Origin: an uncultured Salinarchaeum sp.
GTDB lineage: Archaea > Halobacteriota > Halobacteria > Halobacteriales > SKNY01
DNA: 53,070 bases
Assembly (NCBI GenBank): GCA_964489365.1
Contig: CAZAYR010000002.1
Location: 1 to 53,070, forward strand
Reading direction: 5' to 3'
Of this stretch, positions 8,894 through 19,300 are shown piece by piece. The first letter of the stretch is position 1, and every line of letters starts with the position of its first letter. The notes under the pieces are model-generated. The model was given only the letters and a program-made list of their open reading frames with translations, had not been told where the DNA came from and did no database searches. The translations under genes and the position numbers were made by a program.

Positions 8894-10609
8894 TCACTCC
8901 TCGGCGAGGCCCGGATTCGTGATTGCCCCATTGCTCGCCGACCCGAACGACGCCCCGTACTTCGCGAGGATCCCGTTCGTGTACCGCGGTTCCGGCGCGT
9001 CCCACGCCTCCCGGCGGGAATCCAACTCGTCCGCCGGCACGTCGACATCGAGGGTCCGGTCGCCGACGTCGATGACGACCCGATCGCCGTCCTGTATGAG
9101 GCCGATCGGACCGCCGACGGCCGCCTCGGGGGCGACGTGGCCGATCGAGAAGCCCCGGGTCGCCCCGGAGAACCGTCCGTCGGTGATCAGCGCGACGTCC
9201 TCGGCGTGGCCCTGGCCCGCCACCGCCGAGGTGACCCCGAGCATCTCGCGCATTCCCGGGCCGCCCCGGGGTCCCTCGTTCCGGATGACGATGACGTCGC
9301 CCGAGTCGACCCGGCCCTCCTGGACGTACTTCATCGCCTCGGCCTCCTCCTCGAACACCCGGACCGGTCCCTCGTGGCGGAGGTGGTCGCTGCCGGTGAT
9401 CTTGATGACCGCGCCCTCGGGCGCGAGGTTGCCGGTGAGCACCCGGATGGCACCCTGCTCGTTCTTCGGCGCGTCGACGGGGTAGAGGAAGTCGGCGTCG
9501 AGGTCCGCGATGGCCGGCGGGTCGAGCGCCTCCAGCTCCTCGCCCAGCGTCCTCCCGGTCACGGTGAGCGCGTCGCCGTCGAGCAGGTCGGCCTCGTAGA
9601 GGGCGTTCAGGACGACCGGCACGCCGCCGACCTCGTGGAGGTCGTTCATGACCTTCTCGCCGCCGGGCTGGAGGTCGGCGATCTTCGGCGTGCGGGCGCT
9701 GATCTCGTTGAACTCCTCGATGTCGAGGTCGACGCCGGCCTCGGCGGCCATCGCCAGCAGGTGGAGGACGGCGTTGGTCGAGCCGCCGACGGCGACCTGC
9801 AGCGCGATGGCGTTCTCGAAGGACTCCTTGGTGAGGAAGTCCGAGGGTTTACGCCGTTCCTCGACGGCCTCGACGGCGAGTTCGCCGCTCTCGCGGGCGA
9901 CCTCGTAGCGATCCTCGTCCTCGGCGAGCGGCGAGGACGAGCCCAGCGGCGCGAAGCCGATGGTCTCGGAGATCGACGCCATCGTGTTGGCGGTGAACAT
10001 CCCGCCGCAGGAGCCGGCGCCGGGGCAGGCGTTGCGCTCCATCTCGTCGAGTTCGTCCTCGCTCATCTCGCCGTCGGCGACGGCGCCGACGCCCTCGAAG
10101 ACGTTCTGGATGGTGATCTCCCGGCCGTCGTGCTCGCCGGGCATGATCGACCCGCCGTAGAGGAACACGCTCGGCAGGTCCGTCCGGATCGCGGCCATCA
10201 TCATCCCCGGGAGGTTCTTGTCACAGCCCGCCAGGGTCACCAGGCCATCCAAGTGTTCCCCGAAGGCCACGAGCTCGACGCTGTCGGCGATCAGCTCGCG
10301 GGAAATGAGCGACGCCTTCATCCCCTCGGTCCCCATCGAGATCGCGTCCGAGATGGTGATCGTCCCGAACTCGATCGGCATGCCGCCAGCTTCGTCGGTC
10401 CCCCGGCGTGCGGCATCCGCGACATCGTCGAGATGGACGTTACATGGCGTGATATCGGCTGCCGGGTTCGCGATCCCGATCATCGGCGAGGACAAGTCCG
10501 CGTCGTCATAGCCCATCGCCCGGAACATCGCCCGGTGGGGCGCCCGGTCCGTACCCACCGTCACCTCGTGTGACGGGAGGCTGGGGTCCTTCTCGATTTC
10601 CTCTGCCAT
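8894..10609 (-). CDS. ilvD: Dihydroxy-acid dehydratase
   Basis: Full-length (571 aa) match to IlvD/Edd family hallmarks: APHRAMFRAMGY, GIANPAADITPCNVHL, LAGCDKNLPGMMMA, CPGAGSCGGMFTANTM, ALITDGRFSGATRG. Confidence 0.95.
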   Translation of the reverse strand: MAEEIEKDPSLPSHEVTVGTDRAPHRAMFRAMGYDDADLSSPMIGIANPAADITPCNVHLDDVADAARRGTDEAGGMPIEFGTITISDAISMGTEGMKASLISRELIADSVELVAFGEHLDGLVTLAGCDKNLPGMMMAAIRTDLPSVFLYGGSIMPGEHDGREITIQNVFEGVGAVADGEMSEDELDEMERNACPGAGSCGGMFTANTMASISETIGFAPLGSSSPLAEDEDRYEVARESGELAVEAVEERRKPSDFLTKESFENAIALQVAVGGSTNAVLHLLAMAAEAGVDLDIEEFNEISARTPKIADLQPGGEKVMNDLHEVGGVPVVLNALYEADLLDGDALTVTGRTLGEELEALDPPAIADLDADFLYPVDAPKNEQGAIRVLTGNLAPEGAVIKITGSDHLRHEGPVRVFEEEAEAMKYVQEGRVDSGDVIVIRNEGPRGGPGMREMLGVTSAVAGQGHAEDVALITDGRFSGATRGFSIGHVAPEAAVGGPIGLIQDGDRVVIDVGDRTLDVDVPADELDSRREAWDAPEPRYTNGILAKYGASFGSASNGAITNPGLAEE

Positions 10610-10631
10610 ACCGCTGCTCTATCGCCACACC

Positions 10632-10637
10632 ATTAAA
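10632..10637 (-). promoter_or_regulatory. TATA-box candidate (TTTAAT on the minus strand) for ilvD, consistent with a leaderless transcript
   Basis: The only AT-rich hexamer in the upstream region, centred about 26 nt upstream of the ilvD ATG (10609). Confidence 0.4.
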
Positions 10638-10781
10638 CCTGTGCCGTCTGCGAGCAGCGACGACGGCCCGTCCCGGTCCGCCCCGTTGGGCTCGCGGCCG
10701 CGGACGGTGTCGTCGTCCGGATACATTCCGATCCGCATACCCGGGACGCCGCCGCATACCGGTCTGGCCTCTATTTTGGAG

Positions 10782-10991
10782 CTATGGATCAGGCGACCAC
10801 CGACAGGCATCGTCGACGACCAGATCCTGCTCGTCGACGAACGTGCGAAGGCAAGCGAAGTTGCAGAAGTACATCGGGTCGCCACACGCGGCCGCGCAAT
10901 CCCGGACGCAAATGGGCTCGTGCTGGAAAATCTCGGAACCGCAGTATCGGCAGCTCTCGCTCCGTTTCGGAGGCTCGATCGTGTGCGCCAT
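10782..10991 (-). CDS. Small Cys-rich protein with a TRASH/YHS-like metal-binding motif
   Basis: 69 aa. CRYC-x25-CNFAC resembles the CxxC...CxxxC TRASH pattern, with three more Cys in between. Acidic C-terminus. The protein is short, so coding status is moderately supported only. Confidence 0.5.
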   Translation of the reverse strand: MAHTIEPPKRSESCRYCGSEIFQHEPICVRDCAAACGDPMYFCNFACLRTFVDEQDLVVDDACRWSPDP

Positions 10992-11130
10992 TGTCTCACT
11001 CGTCCTCCTGGGCGTACGATACGTCTACCGCCCCATTGGCGTAATGCTTCTGCTCCCGCGACAGTGGCTGGCGCCGGAACGGGTGGTTCCAGTGGGAATT
11101 AAGGGCGTATTGGCCGTAGGTTCGACTGGT

Positions 11131-11799
11131 ATGAGCGTCGTGAGTTACGACGGGTTGAGTTTCGAGCGGCTCGGTCACGCCAGCGTCCGGATCGAGACCG
11201 AGGATGGCACCGTGATCTACATCGATCCGTGGTCGGAGATCTACGATGGATCGCCCGGCGACGGGGATATCGTCCTCGTCACCCACGACGACTTTGATCA
11301 CTACGATCCCGCGGCGATCGAGGCCGTCGCAGCACCCGATGCAACGATCGCGATCTACGAGGCGGTCGACACGTCCGATCTCGACCGGGAGGTCCAACCG
11401 CTCCCGCTGGAGGGATCCGCGACGGTCGCCGGCATCGACGTCCAGACCGTGCCCGCGTACAACGATCCCGACGGTGCCCACGTCGACGAGGACGGCGACC
11501 CGTTCCACGCCGAGGGCGAAGTGATCGGGTTGCTCCTGACGCTCTCCGGCACGACGGTGTTTTTCCCCGGCGACACGGACTTTCTCCCCCATCACGAATC
11601 GATCACGGCGGACATCTTCATGCCGCCCATCGGCGGACACTTCACGATGGACCGCCACGAGGCGGCGGAGTTCACCGCGAGCGTCGATCCCGACCTGGTG
11701 CTCCCGCTCCACTACGACACGTTCGAACCGATCGAAACCGATGCGGAGGCGTTCGTCGAGGACGTCGAGGCCGAAGGCATCGAGGCCGAGCTGTTCTAA
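11131..11799 (+). CDS. MBL-fold metal-dependent hydrolase (UPF0173-like)
   Basis: LGHASVRIETEDGTVIYIDPW and VLVTHDDFDHYD motifs. Start at ATG 11131 (MSVVSYDG). The upstream part of the 10570 ORF is Arg-rich and runs through the ilvD promoter region. Confidence 0.8.
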   Translation: MSVVSYDGLSFERLGHASVRIETEDGTVIYIDPWSEIYDGSPGDGDIVLVTHDDFDHYDPAAIEAVAAPDATIAIYEAVDTSDLDREVQPLPLEGSATVAGIDVQTVPAYNDPDGAHVDEDGDPFHAEGEVIGLLLTLSGTTVFFPGDTDFLPHHESITADIFMPPIGGHFTMDRHEAAEFTASVDPDLVLPLHYDTFEPIETDAEAFVEDVEAEGIEAELF

Positions 11800-13037
11800 C
11801 CGGATCGCCGGGGACTCCCCGGCGCCAGCGCGTCGTCGTAGAGCGTGACGAACAGTTCCTCGATCTCGTCCGCGGTGGGCTTGCGGGGGTTATTCGCCGG
11901 CGAGCCAGAGTCGATAGCGTCCTGGGTCATCTCGGGCACGACATCGAGGTACGCTTCCCGGGCAGGTACCTCCCCGAACGTATCGAGATAGGATGCCAGA
12001 TCCACATCCGTGCACAGCTCCATGACGGCATCGCTCGCCCGCCGGGCCGCCTCCCGATCGTTCGTTTCGGGCTTGGCCACGCCGAAGATGCGCGCGATCT
12101 CGGCGTACGCGGCGGGCGCGGCCATCGCGGAGAAATCGATGACATAGGGCAGCAACAGTGCATTCGCCAGGCCGTGGGGGACGTGGATCTGCGCCCCGAG
12201 TGGCCGGGCCATGCCGTGGACCAGCGCCACCGAGGAGTTCGTAAACGCCTGACCAGCCTGGAGCTGGCCGATCATCATGTCGGTCCGCGCGTCGATGTCA
12301 TCGCCGTTGGCCCAGGCCGTACGTAACGAACGCTCGATGCGCCGGATCGCCGCCCGGGCGAAGTCACGCGGCACGCTGTAGGACTGGACGGAGACGAACG
12401 CCTCGATCGCGTGGGTCAGCGCGTCGATCCCCGTAAACGCGGTATGGCTTCGAGGCAACGAGAGCGTGAGCTCGGGGTCCTCGATCGCGACATCGGGCAC
12501 GACGTTCTTGGAGACGATGAGGAACTTGGTCGCGGTCTCGGTATCCGTGACGACCACCGACCGGGTCGCTTCGCTTCCCGTCCCCGCCGTCGTGTTGACC
12601 GCGACCGTCGGCGGGGTGCGGTTGGGGACCCCCTCGTATCCTGCCCGGTCGACGCCGAAGGAGCGAATCGACCCCTCGTTGCGGGCCAGAATCCCGACGC
12701 CCTTCGCGGCATCGATCGACGAACCGCCGCCGAGCGGGACGAGGACGTCACAGCCCGCCGCCGACCAGCGCTCGAACGCGGACTCGATGTTCTCGACGGT
12801 CGGGTCCGGACGGACGTCGGTGAACGCGACCGTCTCCACCCCGGCGTCCGCGAGCGTTTCGAGGATCAGCTCCCCGTGAATGTCGAAGATGGCCTCGGTC
12901 GCGACCACGAGCGCCTTCGACCCATACGACGCCGCATACGCGCCGACTTCGTCGACGGCCCCCCGCCCCAGCTCGACGACGGACGGGGAGACGACGGTCT
13001 TCGTACCGTGGGCCGGCCCGGGATACTGGATCTCCAT
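11796..13037 (-). CDS. Iron-containing (group III) alcohol dehydrogenase
   Basis: GGGSSIDAAKG NAD/Fe-ADH glycine motif and His-rich metal site (THAIEAF, VALVHGMARPLGAQIHVPHG). Start set at ATG 13037 (MEIQYPG). Confidence 0.85.
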   Translation of the reverse strand: MEIQYPGPAHGTKTVVSPSVVELGRGAVDEVGAYAASYGSKALVVATEAIFDIHGELILETLADAGVETVAFTDVRPDPTVENIESAFERWSAAGCDVLVPLGGGSSIDAAKGVGILARNEGSIRSFGVDRAGYEGVPNRTPPTVAVNTTAGTGSEATRSVVVTDTETATKFLIVSKNVVPDVAIEDPELTLSLPRSHTAFTGIDALTHAIEAFVSVQSYSVPRDFARAAIRRIERSLRTAWANGDDIDARTDMMIGQLQAGQAFTNSSVALVHGMARPLGAQIHVPHGLANALLLPYVIDFSAMAAPAAYAEIARIFGVAKPETNDREAARRASDAVMELCTDVDLASYLDTFGEVPAREAYLDVVPEMTQDAIDSGSPANNPRKPTADEIEELFVTLYDDALAPGSPRRSG

Positions 13038-13117
13038 AGGGCAGGGCAGATGTATCTGCGTATTAGTCCTTGTCCTGAGCCCCGAACGCTTTACCACACC
13101 GCGATACACGTGCGGAT

Positions 13118-14596
13118 ATGAGCGAACCGACGGAACGCGCCGACATCGGAGACGCCCACAATTTCATCGGCGGGGCGTGGCGCACGCCGGCCGGGAGCGA
13201 CGGACAGCCGGTCCGGAACCCGGCGACGGGGGAGACGATCGCCCGCGTGGCATTCAGCGACGCATCGGACATCGACGACGCGGTCGGGCACGCGAACGCG
13301 GCTTTCGAGGACTGGCGGGATCGGCCGGTCGAGGAGCGGATCCAACCGATGTTCCAGCTCAAGGACCTCCTGGAGACCCACCAGGACGAGCTCGCCGAGC
13401 TGCTCGTGCAGGAACACGGCAAGACTCGCGGGGAAGCCGAGGGCGAGCTCCGGCGAGGGATCGAGAACGTCGAGGTTGCCTGCGGGATTCCCTCGATGAT
13501 GCAGGCCGGCACGCTGGCGAACGCCGCCCCCGACATCGACGAGAGCGCCGTCCGCCGCCCGGTGGGCGTGTTCGCCGCGATCACCCCGTTCAACTTCCCG
13601 GGGATGATCCCGCTGTGGTTCATGCCCTACGCCGTCGCGACGGGCAACGCGTTCGTCCTCAAGCCCAGCGAGCGCACGCCGCTTGTCGCCCAGCGGATCG
13701 TCGAGCTGGTCGAGCAGACCGACATCCCGGACGGGATCGTGCAGCTCGTCCACGGCGGCCCGGACACCGTGAACGGCTTGTTGGCCCATCCGGGTATCGA
13801 CGGGATCTCCTTCGTCGGATCGACGCCGGTCGCAAAGCACGTCTACGAGACCGCCGCCGCCGAGGGCAAGCGGGTCCAGGCCCAGGGCGGGGCGAAAAAT
13901 CACATTATCGTGACCGAGACGGCCGATCTCCCGTTCGCGGCCGAACAGACGGTCTCGTCGACCTGTGCCTGCGCCGGCGAGCGTTGTCTCGCCAACGACG
14001 TGGTCGTCGTCGAGGAGGGCGTCTACGAAGCGTTTCTGGACCTGGTGCTCGAGGAGGCCGCCGAACAGACGGTGGGATATGGCCTCGATGCGGGGACCGA
14101 CATCGGCGCGCTGATCACGCCCGAACACGAGCAGTCGGTCCGGAACGCCATCGAGACGGGCGTCCAGGAGGGCGCGGAGTTGGTGTTGGACGGTCGCGAC
14201 GTGACGGTGGCAGGCTACGAGGACGGCAACTTCCTGGCGCCGTCGGTCTTCCGGGATATCACGACGGACATGACCATTGCCCAGGAGGAGATGTTCGGGC
14301 CCGTCATGGGCCTGATGCCGGCGGCCGACATCGACGAGGCGATCGACATCCTCAACCGGAGCCGATTCGGCAACGCCGCCAGCCTCTTCACGGGCAGGGG
14401 TGCCGATGCGCGGGCGTTTCGCCACCGCGCGGAGGTCGGCAACCTGGGCGTGAACGTCGGGACGGCCGCGCCGATGGCCTTCTTCCATTTCGGCGGCATG
14501 AAGGACTCCTTCTTCGGGGACCTCCACGCCCAAGGCGAGGACATGATCCACTTCTACACGGACAAGGGGATCTACATCGAGCGCTGGGACGTTTAG
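13118..14596 (+). CDS. Aldehyde dehydrogenase, methylmalonate/malonate-semialdehyde dehydrogenase-like
   Basis: FNFPGMIPLW, VLKPSERTP, a Cys-containing segment STCACAGERC at the position expected for the catalytic Cys, and the EEMFGPV motif. The overall pattern resembles CoA-acylating MMSDH. Confidence 0.9.
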   Translation: MSEPTERADIGDAHNFIGGAWRTPAGSDGQPVRNPATGETIARVAFSDASDIDDAVGHANAAFEDWRDRPVEERIQPMFQLKDLLETHQDELAELLVQEHGKTRGEAEGELRRGIENVEVACGIPSMMQAGTLANAAPDIDESAVRRPVGVFAAITPFNFPGMIPLWFMPYAVATGNAFVLKPSERTPLVAQRIVELVEQTDIPDGIVQLVHGGPDTVNGLLAHPGIDGISFVGSTPVAKHVYETAAAEGKRVQAQGGAKNHIIVTETADLPFAAEQTVSSTCACAGERCLANDVVVVEEGVYEAFLDLVLEEAAEQTVGYGLDAGTDIGALITPEHEQSVRNAIETGVQEGAELVLDGRDVTVAGYEDGNFLAPSVFRDITTDMTIAQEEMFGPVMGLMPAADIDEAIDILNRSRFGNAASLFTGRGADARAFRHRAEVGNLGVNVGTAAPMAFFHFGGMKDSFFGDLHAQGEDMIHFYTDKGIYIERWDV

Positions 14597-14597
14597 G

Positions 14598-15767
14598 TCA
14601 CGCCTCGCCGAGACCCAGAACACGCCCCTCCGAGGCCCGCATGAAGATCGCTTCGGGCGTCGTAATGGCCCCGCCCGAGCCGTCGACCTCGACGCGCCAC
14701 CGGACCTCGCCGTCGTCGCGATCGAGCGCAAGCAGTTCCCCGCCCCCGGAGACGAGCACCGTCCCGCCGGCGACGGTGGGTTCGGGCGTGTCCGACGCGA
14801 GCCCCTCGTAGGTCCACCCGGGCTGGCCGTCCCGGGTGATCGCGTGGAGCGTCCCGTCGCGGGCGACGTACACGTGCCGATGATCCAGCGCGAGCGCGGA
14901 ACTCGACACCCCCTGGGGAATGTTGTAGGTCCATCGTTCACGACCGTCGTGATCGAAGGCGGTGAACACGGAGTGTGACTGCACGATCACCAGCTCCCCG
15001 TCCGCGACCGGGCCGCCCGTGACCGCGCCCGTCGAGCCGGTCCACAAGGATTCCCCGGAGGTGGCCTCGACCGCGAGGACGCCCGTCCGCCCGGACAGCG
15101 AGCCCAGGAAGAGCGTCCCGTCGGCGATCGCGACCGGCCGGGCGAACGTGCGATCCGCCCCGTCCGGGTCGACGGGCCCGGCCCACTCGACCGTCCCGTC
15201 AAACGTGGCGAGTGCGTGCACGGCCCCGCTCCAGTCCGGGACGAATACGATCCCGTCCTCGGCGACGGGCGGTGCCGTGACGCGAGCGTCGATGTCATAG
15301 AGCCAGTGCTCCTCACCGTATCGTTCGGTGAAGGCCACGACGCGGCCGCGCTCGAGATCCCGGCGCCCGCTGACGATGATTCGGTTCCCCACGAGGGTCG
15401 GGGCGCGGTTCGGATCGATGCGGAGCGGGACCTGCCAGCGGACCGCCCCGGTGGATGCGTCCAGCGCATGGACCCGATGGCGGTGTCTGGCCGTCTCCGA
15501 AATGGCATCCGCGGCGGCGTAGAGACGGTCGCCCGCGATCGATGGGGACCCGGCACTTCGTGCCTCCGGGAGAGTGGTCACCCACGCCAGCTCGGGCTCG
15601 GCCGGCCCCGCGTCGACACGACGGCGGTGACCGGCATCCTGTCCCACGACCGGCCACTCGCCCTCGATCGAGCCGAGGTTGCCCGAATCGTAAGTCGAAA
15701 TCGAGAGGCAACCGCCGAGGGCGGCCGTTCCGAGCGTGGCGAGCAATGTCCGACGGGTGGAGGGCAT
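14598..15767 (-). CDS. Secreted PQQ-like beta-propeller repeat lipoprotein
   Basis: Tat/lipobox N-terminus MPSTRRTLLATLGTAALGGC. Repeated 'G.v.A.D..tG...W' blades (e.g. VHALDASTGAVRWQ, LLALDRDDGEVRWR). Confidence 0.8.
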   Translation of the reverse strand: MPSTRRTLLATLGTAALGGCLSISTYDSGNLGSIEGEWPVVGQDAGHRRRVDAGPAEPELAWVTTLPEARSAGSPSIAGDRLYAAADAISETARHRHRVHALDASTGAVRWQVPLRIDPNRAPTLVGNRIIVSGRRDLERGRVVAFTERYGEEHWLYDIDARVTAPPVAEDGIVFVPDWSGAVHALATFDGTVEWAGPVDPDGADRTFARPVAIADGTLFLGSLSGRTGVLAVEATSGESLWTGSTGAVTGGPVADGELVIVQSHSVFTAFDHDGRERWTYNIPQGVSSSALALDHRHVYVARDGTLHAITRDGQPGWTYEGLASDTPEPTVAGGTVLVSGGGELLALDRDDGEVRWRVEVDGSGGAITTPEAIFMRASEGRVLGLGEA

Positions 15768-15813
15768 CGATGCGAGCGTTCACGGGAGCCCCGCTTGAAC
15801 ACGTTGATTCGGC

Positions 15814-16281
15814 TCAGTCGTGGGCGCTCGGTTGCGGTTTCGGCGGCAGCCGCACGAGGGTGAACCAGAACTCCTCGAACGTTTGGACCAGTTCCATGAA
15901 GTCCTCGGGGGACACGGGCTTGGTCAGATACGCGCTCGCCTGGAGGTCATAGCTCTCGCGAATGTCCGCTTTGTCCTCGGAGACCGTCAGGATGACCACC
16001 GGGATCCGTTTGAGTGCCGGGTCGCTTTTCATCTCCGCTAACACATCGTGCCCGTCGATCTTGGGGAGGTTGAGATCGAGGAGCACGAGGTGGGGGACGG
16101 GGACGTCCTCGTACTCGCCGTCCTGGCGTAGGAACTCGAGGGCTTCCTCCCCGTCGGTGGCCACGTGAAGCGTATTGTTGATGTAGCCCGCTTCGAACGC
16201 CTCCCGAGTCAGTCGCACGTCCCCGGGATTATCCTCGACCAGAAGAATGTCGACGGGGTCGCCGTTCCGGTAGTCCGTCAT
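15814..16281 (-). CDS. CheY-like response regulator (receiver domain only)
   Basis: DILLVEDNPGD, phospho-acceptor context LVLLDLNLPKIDG, and VVILTVS...K. 155 aa with no output domain. Confidence 0.9.
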   Translation of the reverse strand: MTDYRNGDPVDILLVEDNPGDVRLTREAFEAGYINNTLHVATDGEEALEFLRQDGEYEDVPVPHLVLLDLNLPKIDGHDVLAEMKSDPALKRIPVVILTVSEDKADIRESYDLQASAYLTKPVSPEDFMELVQTFEEFWFTLVRLPPKPQPSAHD

Positions 16282-16308
16282 CCGGTTGACCGGAAACGGA
16301 GGATCGGT

Positions 16309-19300
16309 TTAGTTTTCCCGATCGGCCGGGAGGGTGAAGTAGAACGTCGAGCCCTCGCCCGGTTCCGACTCCACCCAGATCTCGCCGTCGTGCCCGCGGA
16401 CGATCTTCCGGCAGAGCGCCAACCCGATCCCGGTCCCGGGATAGTCCTCCTGCCCGTGGAGTCGCTGGAAGATCTCGAAGATCTGATCGGTGTACGCGGG
16501 GTCGATGCCGATCCCGTTGTCCGTCACCCGGATCCGCCAGGTCCCGTTCTCGCGCTCGGCCCCGATCTCGATCTCGGGTGGGCGCTCGCCCTGATACTTG
16601 ATGGCGTTCCCGATGAGGTTCTGGAAGACCATCTCGAGCTGGTTGGCGTCGACGGCCACGGTCGGGAGGTCGCCCACGTGGACGGTGGCCGATTCCTCCT
16701 CGATCCGTTGTTCGAGGCTGGCGAGGGTCGACTCCACGACCGTCTTGAGCTCGACTGGTTCGATTGGCCCCGTTTCGTTATCGAGTCGGGAGTACGCGAG
16801 GAGGTCCTGGATCATCTCGCGCATGCGTTCGGCCCCGTCGACGGCGTAGTCGATGAACTCGATCGCCTCCCCGTCGAGCTCGTCACCATACCGATCTTCC
16901 AGCAAGCTCAGGTAACTGGAGACCATGCGCAGCGGTTCCTGGAGGTCGTGGGACGCGATGTGGGCGAACTGTTCTAACCGCCGGTTCGATTCCTCGAGCT
17001 GCTCCCGATACTCGACACGTTCGGTGATATCCTGGGCGACCAGCATGCCGCGGTCGATCGCGTCCTCGGCGTCGCGGATCGGCAAGGTGTGGGCATAGAG
17101 ATGGCGGTCGTAGTACTCGATCTCGAACTCCGAGGCAGTGCCCCCGAGGGCCTCCTGGAAATGGGGGAGGACCTGCTCGACCACGTGGTCGGGGTAGCGT
17201 TCGGGGACCGATTCGCCGATCGCCTCCTCCGGGTCGACCCCCAGGTCGTCGAGGAGTTGCCCCCCAGCAGCCGTATACTCCAGGTCCGTATCGAAAAGCG
17301 CGACGACCCCGTCGGGGAAGTTCTCGGCGAGGGTCCGGTACCGGCGCTCGCTTTCCTTGATCGCGCGCTCGCGCGCCCGGCGTTCGGTGATGTCCCGGAC
17401 CACCCCGATCCGTTCGTCGTTCGAGGGGAAGAGCGCGAAGGTGGCCTCGGCGGGAACGGTCGACCCGTCGGCGCGCTGGATCTCGGCTTCGATTTTCGGA
17501 GTCCGGTCGGTACCCTCCACGAGGCGCTCTTCGAGATCGCCGGCGGATTCGACGGTCTCCTCGTCGACGACCAGCGACACGTGCGAGCCGAGCAGCTCCT
17601 CCCGCGAGTAGCCGGTCATTTCGACATAGGCCTCGTTGACCATCGTGAACCGGCCGTCGAGATCCACGGTGTAGATCCCGTCCTCGACCGTCCTGACGAT
17701 GGTCCGGTATCGACCGAGTTCCCCTTCGCGCTCTTTCCGATTCGTAACGTCCCGGAAATAGACCGACAACCCGGTCTCGGATGGATACGCATTGATCTCG
17801 AGCCAGACCTCGCGTTGATCGTCCCGGATCTCGAAACTCACGGGCTCCTGGGTCTCCATGGCCGTCCGGTAGCGCTCCTCGACCTCGGTGTCGATCGTCT
17901 CCGGGAAGCGCTCCCATAGGAACGCCCCGATGAAGTCCCCCGGCTGCCCGCCTAACAGTTCGGCGGCCCGCTGGTTCACGTGGGTGAACCGCCAGTCACG
18001 ATCCAACGCGTAGAACGCGTCGGAGATCCGACCCAAAATCTCGCCGAGCTCCGTCTCGAGCTCGGCGGTCCTGCGCTCGAGATTCTCCGCGTGTCGCTTG
18101 AGCTGGGTGATCTCCTCGGCCGTGAGCACAACCCGCTCAAGGGAGCCGTCGGCCGCTTCGACGGGGACGGCGCTCAGGGAGAACCAGCGCCGAGTCCCGG
18201 ATGGGTCCTCGAGGGCCAGCTCGCGTTCGCGGACCGCCTCGCCCGTTTCGCGGACTCGTGCGGCCGGGGTTTCGTCGGCTTGGACGCGATTGCCGTCACG
18301 GTCGATCAATCTCCACGCCTCGTCCTCGCGACGCTGATCGATCAGGGCCGGATCCGTCAGGTCGAGGATCTCCCGGGCCCGGGGATTCGCACGGATGGTC
18401 TCGCCGTCGGCATCCTGGACGGCGATCGCGATGGGCGCCGTCCGGAGCAGCTTCTCGGTCTGGTCGCGTTGGCGCTGGAGCGTTTCCTCGCGCTCGACCC
18501 GCGCGGTGATGTCATCGATCGCCATGACCACGCGGTCGCTCGCCCCCGCGACATCGAGCGGCGCGGCGTTGATCGACAGCCATCGGCGTCCGATCTCTGG
18601 CAGTTCGACCTGGCAACGCTCGTCGAGGACCGGTTCGCCCGACCGGACCGCCTCGGCCCAGGGCCGTTCCTCGGGGGGAATCAACTCCCCCGCCTCGTCG
18701 AACAACGGCCACGCGTTCGCGTCGTAGTCCTCGAGTTCGTCGGCGTCCAGGCCCAGCCGTTCGAGGGCCCGGGAGTTCGCTCGGACGAAGGATCCGTCGG
18801 GCTCGAGGACCGAGATACTCGCCGGCGTCGTCTCGAGGATGCCCTCGACGAGATCGCGTTCCTGCCGGAGCTGCGCTTCGTAGGCCCGGGGCTCGGTGAG
18901 ATCTCGAGTGACCTTGATGAACCCGGCCAGCTCGCCGTCGGGTTCGCGAACGGCCGTCAGCACGATGTCCGCGAGGAATCGGGAGCCGTCGGCACGGAGC
19001 CGCCATCCCTGGTCCTCCGCACGGCCCTCCGCCGCCGCTTGCCGGAGATTCGCCTCGGGCTTGCCCGCCTCGACCTGCTCGTCGGGATAGAAGATCGAGA
19101 AATGCTCCCCGAGGATCTCCTCTTCGGCGTAGCCCTTGATCCGCTCGGCCCCCTCGTTCCAGCTGACGACGTGGCCTTCCGGGTCGAGCATGAAGATCGC
19201 GTAGTCGCTGACCGCATCCACGAAGGCTCCGAACTGCCGGAGGATCGAGCGCCCGTAGGCCCGATCCGCCGTGTCAGCCGTCAATGACGGGCGCCACCAG

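Noticed and set aside
7785-10609. tRNA-Pro as an integration site for a mobile element
   Set aside because: No integrase, direct repeat of the tRNA 3' end, or compositional shift follows the tRNA. The next genes are an ordinary epimerase and ilvD.
13091-14941. 616-aa ORF antisense to the aldehyde dehydrogenase, plus the 643-aa ORF at 12880-14811, which is out of frame on the same strand as the aldehyde dehydrogenase
   Set aside because: Extremely Arg/Pro/Gly-rich translations. The aldehyde dehydrogenase and Fe-ADH frames carry full sets of family motifs, so these overlapping ORFs are artefacts of high GC.
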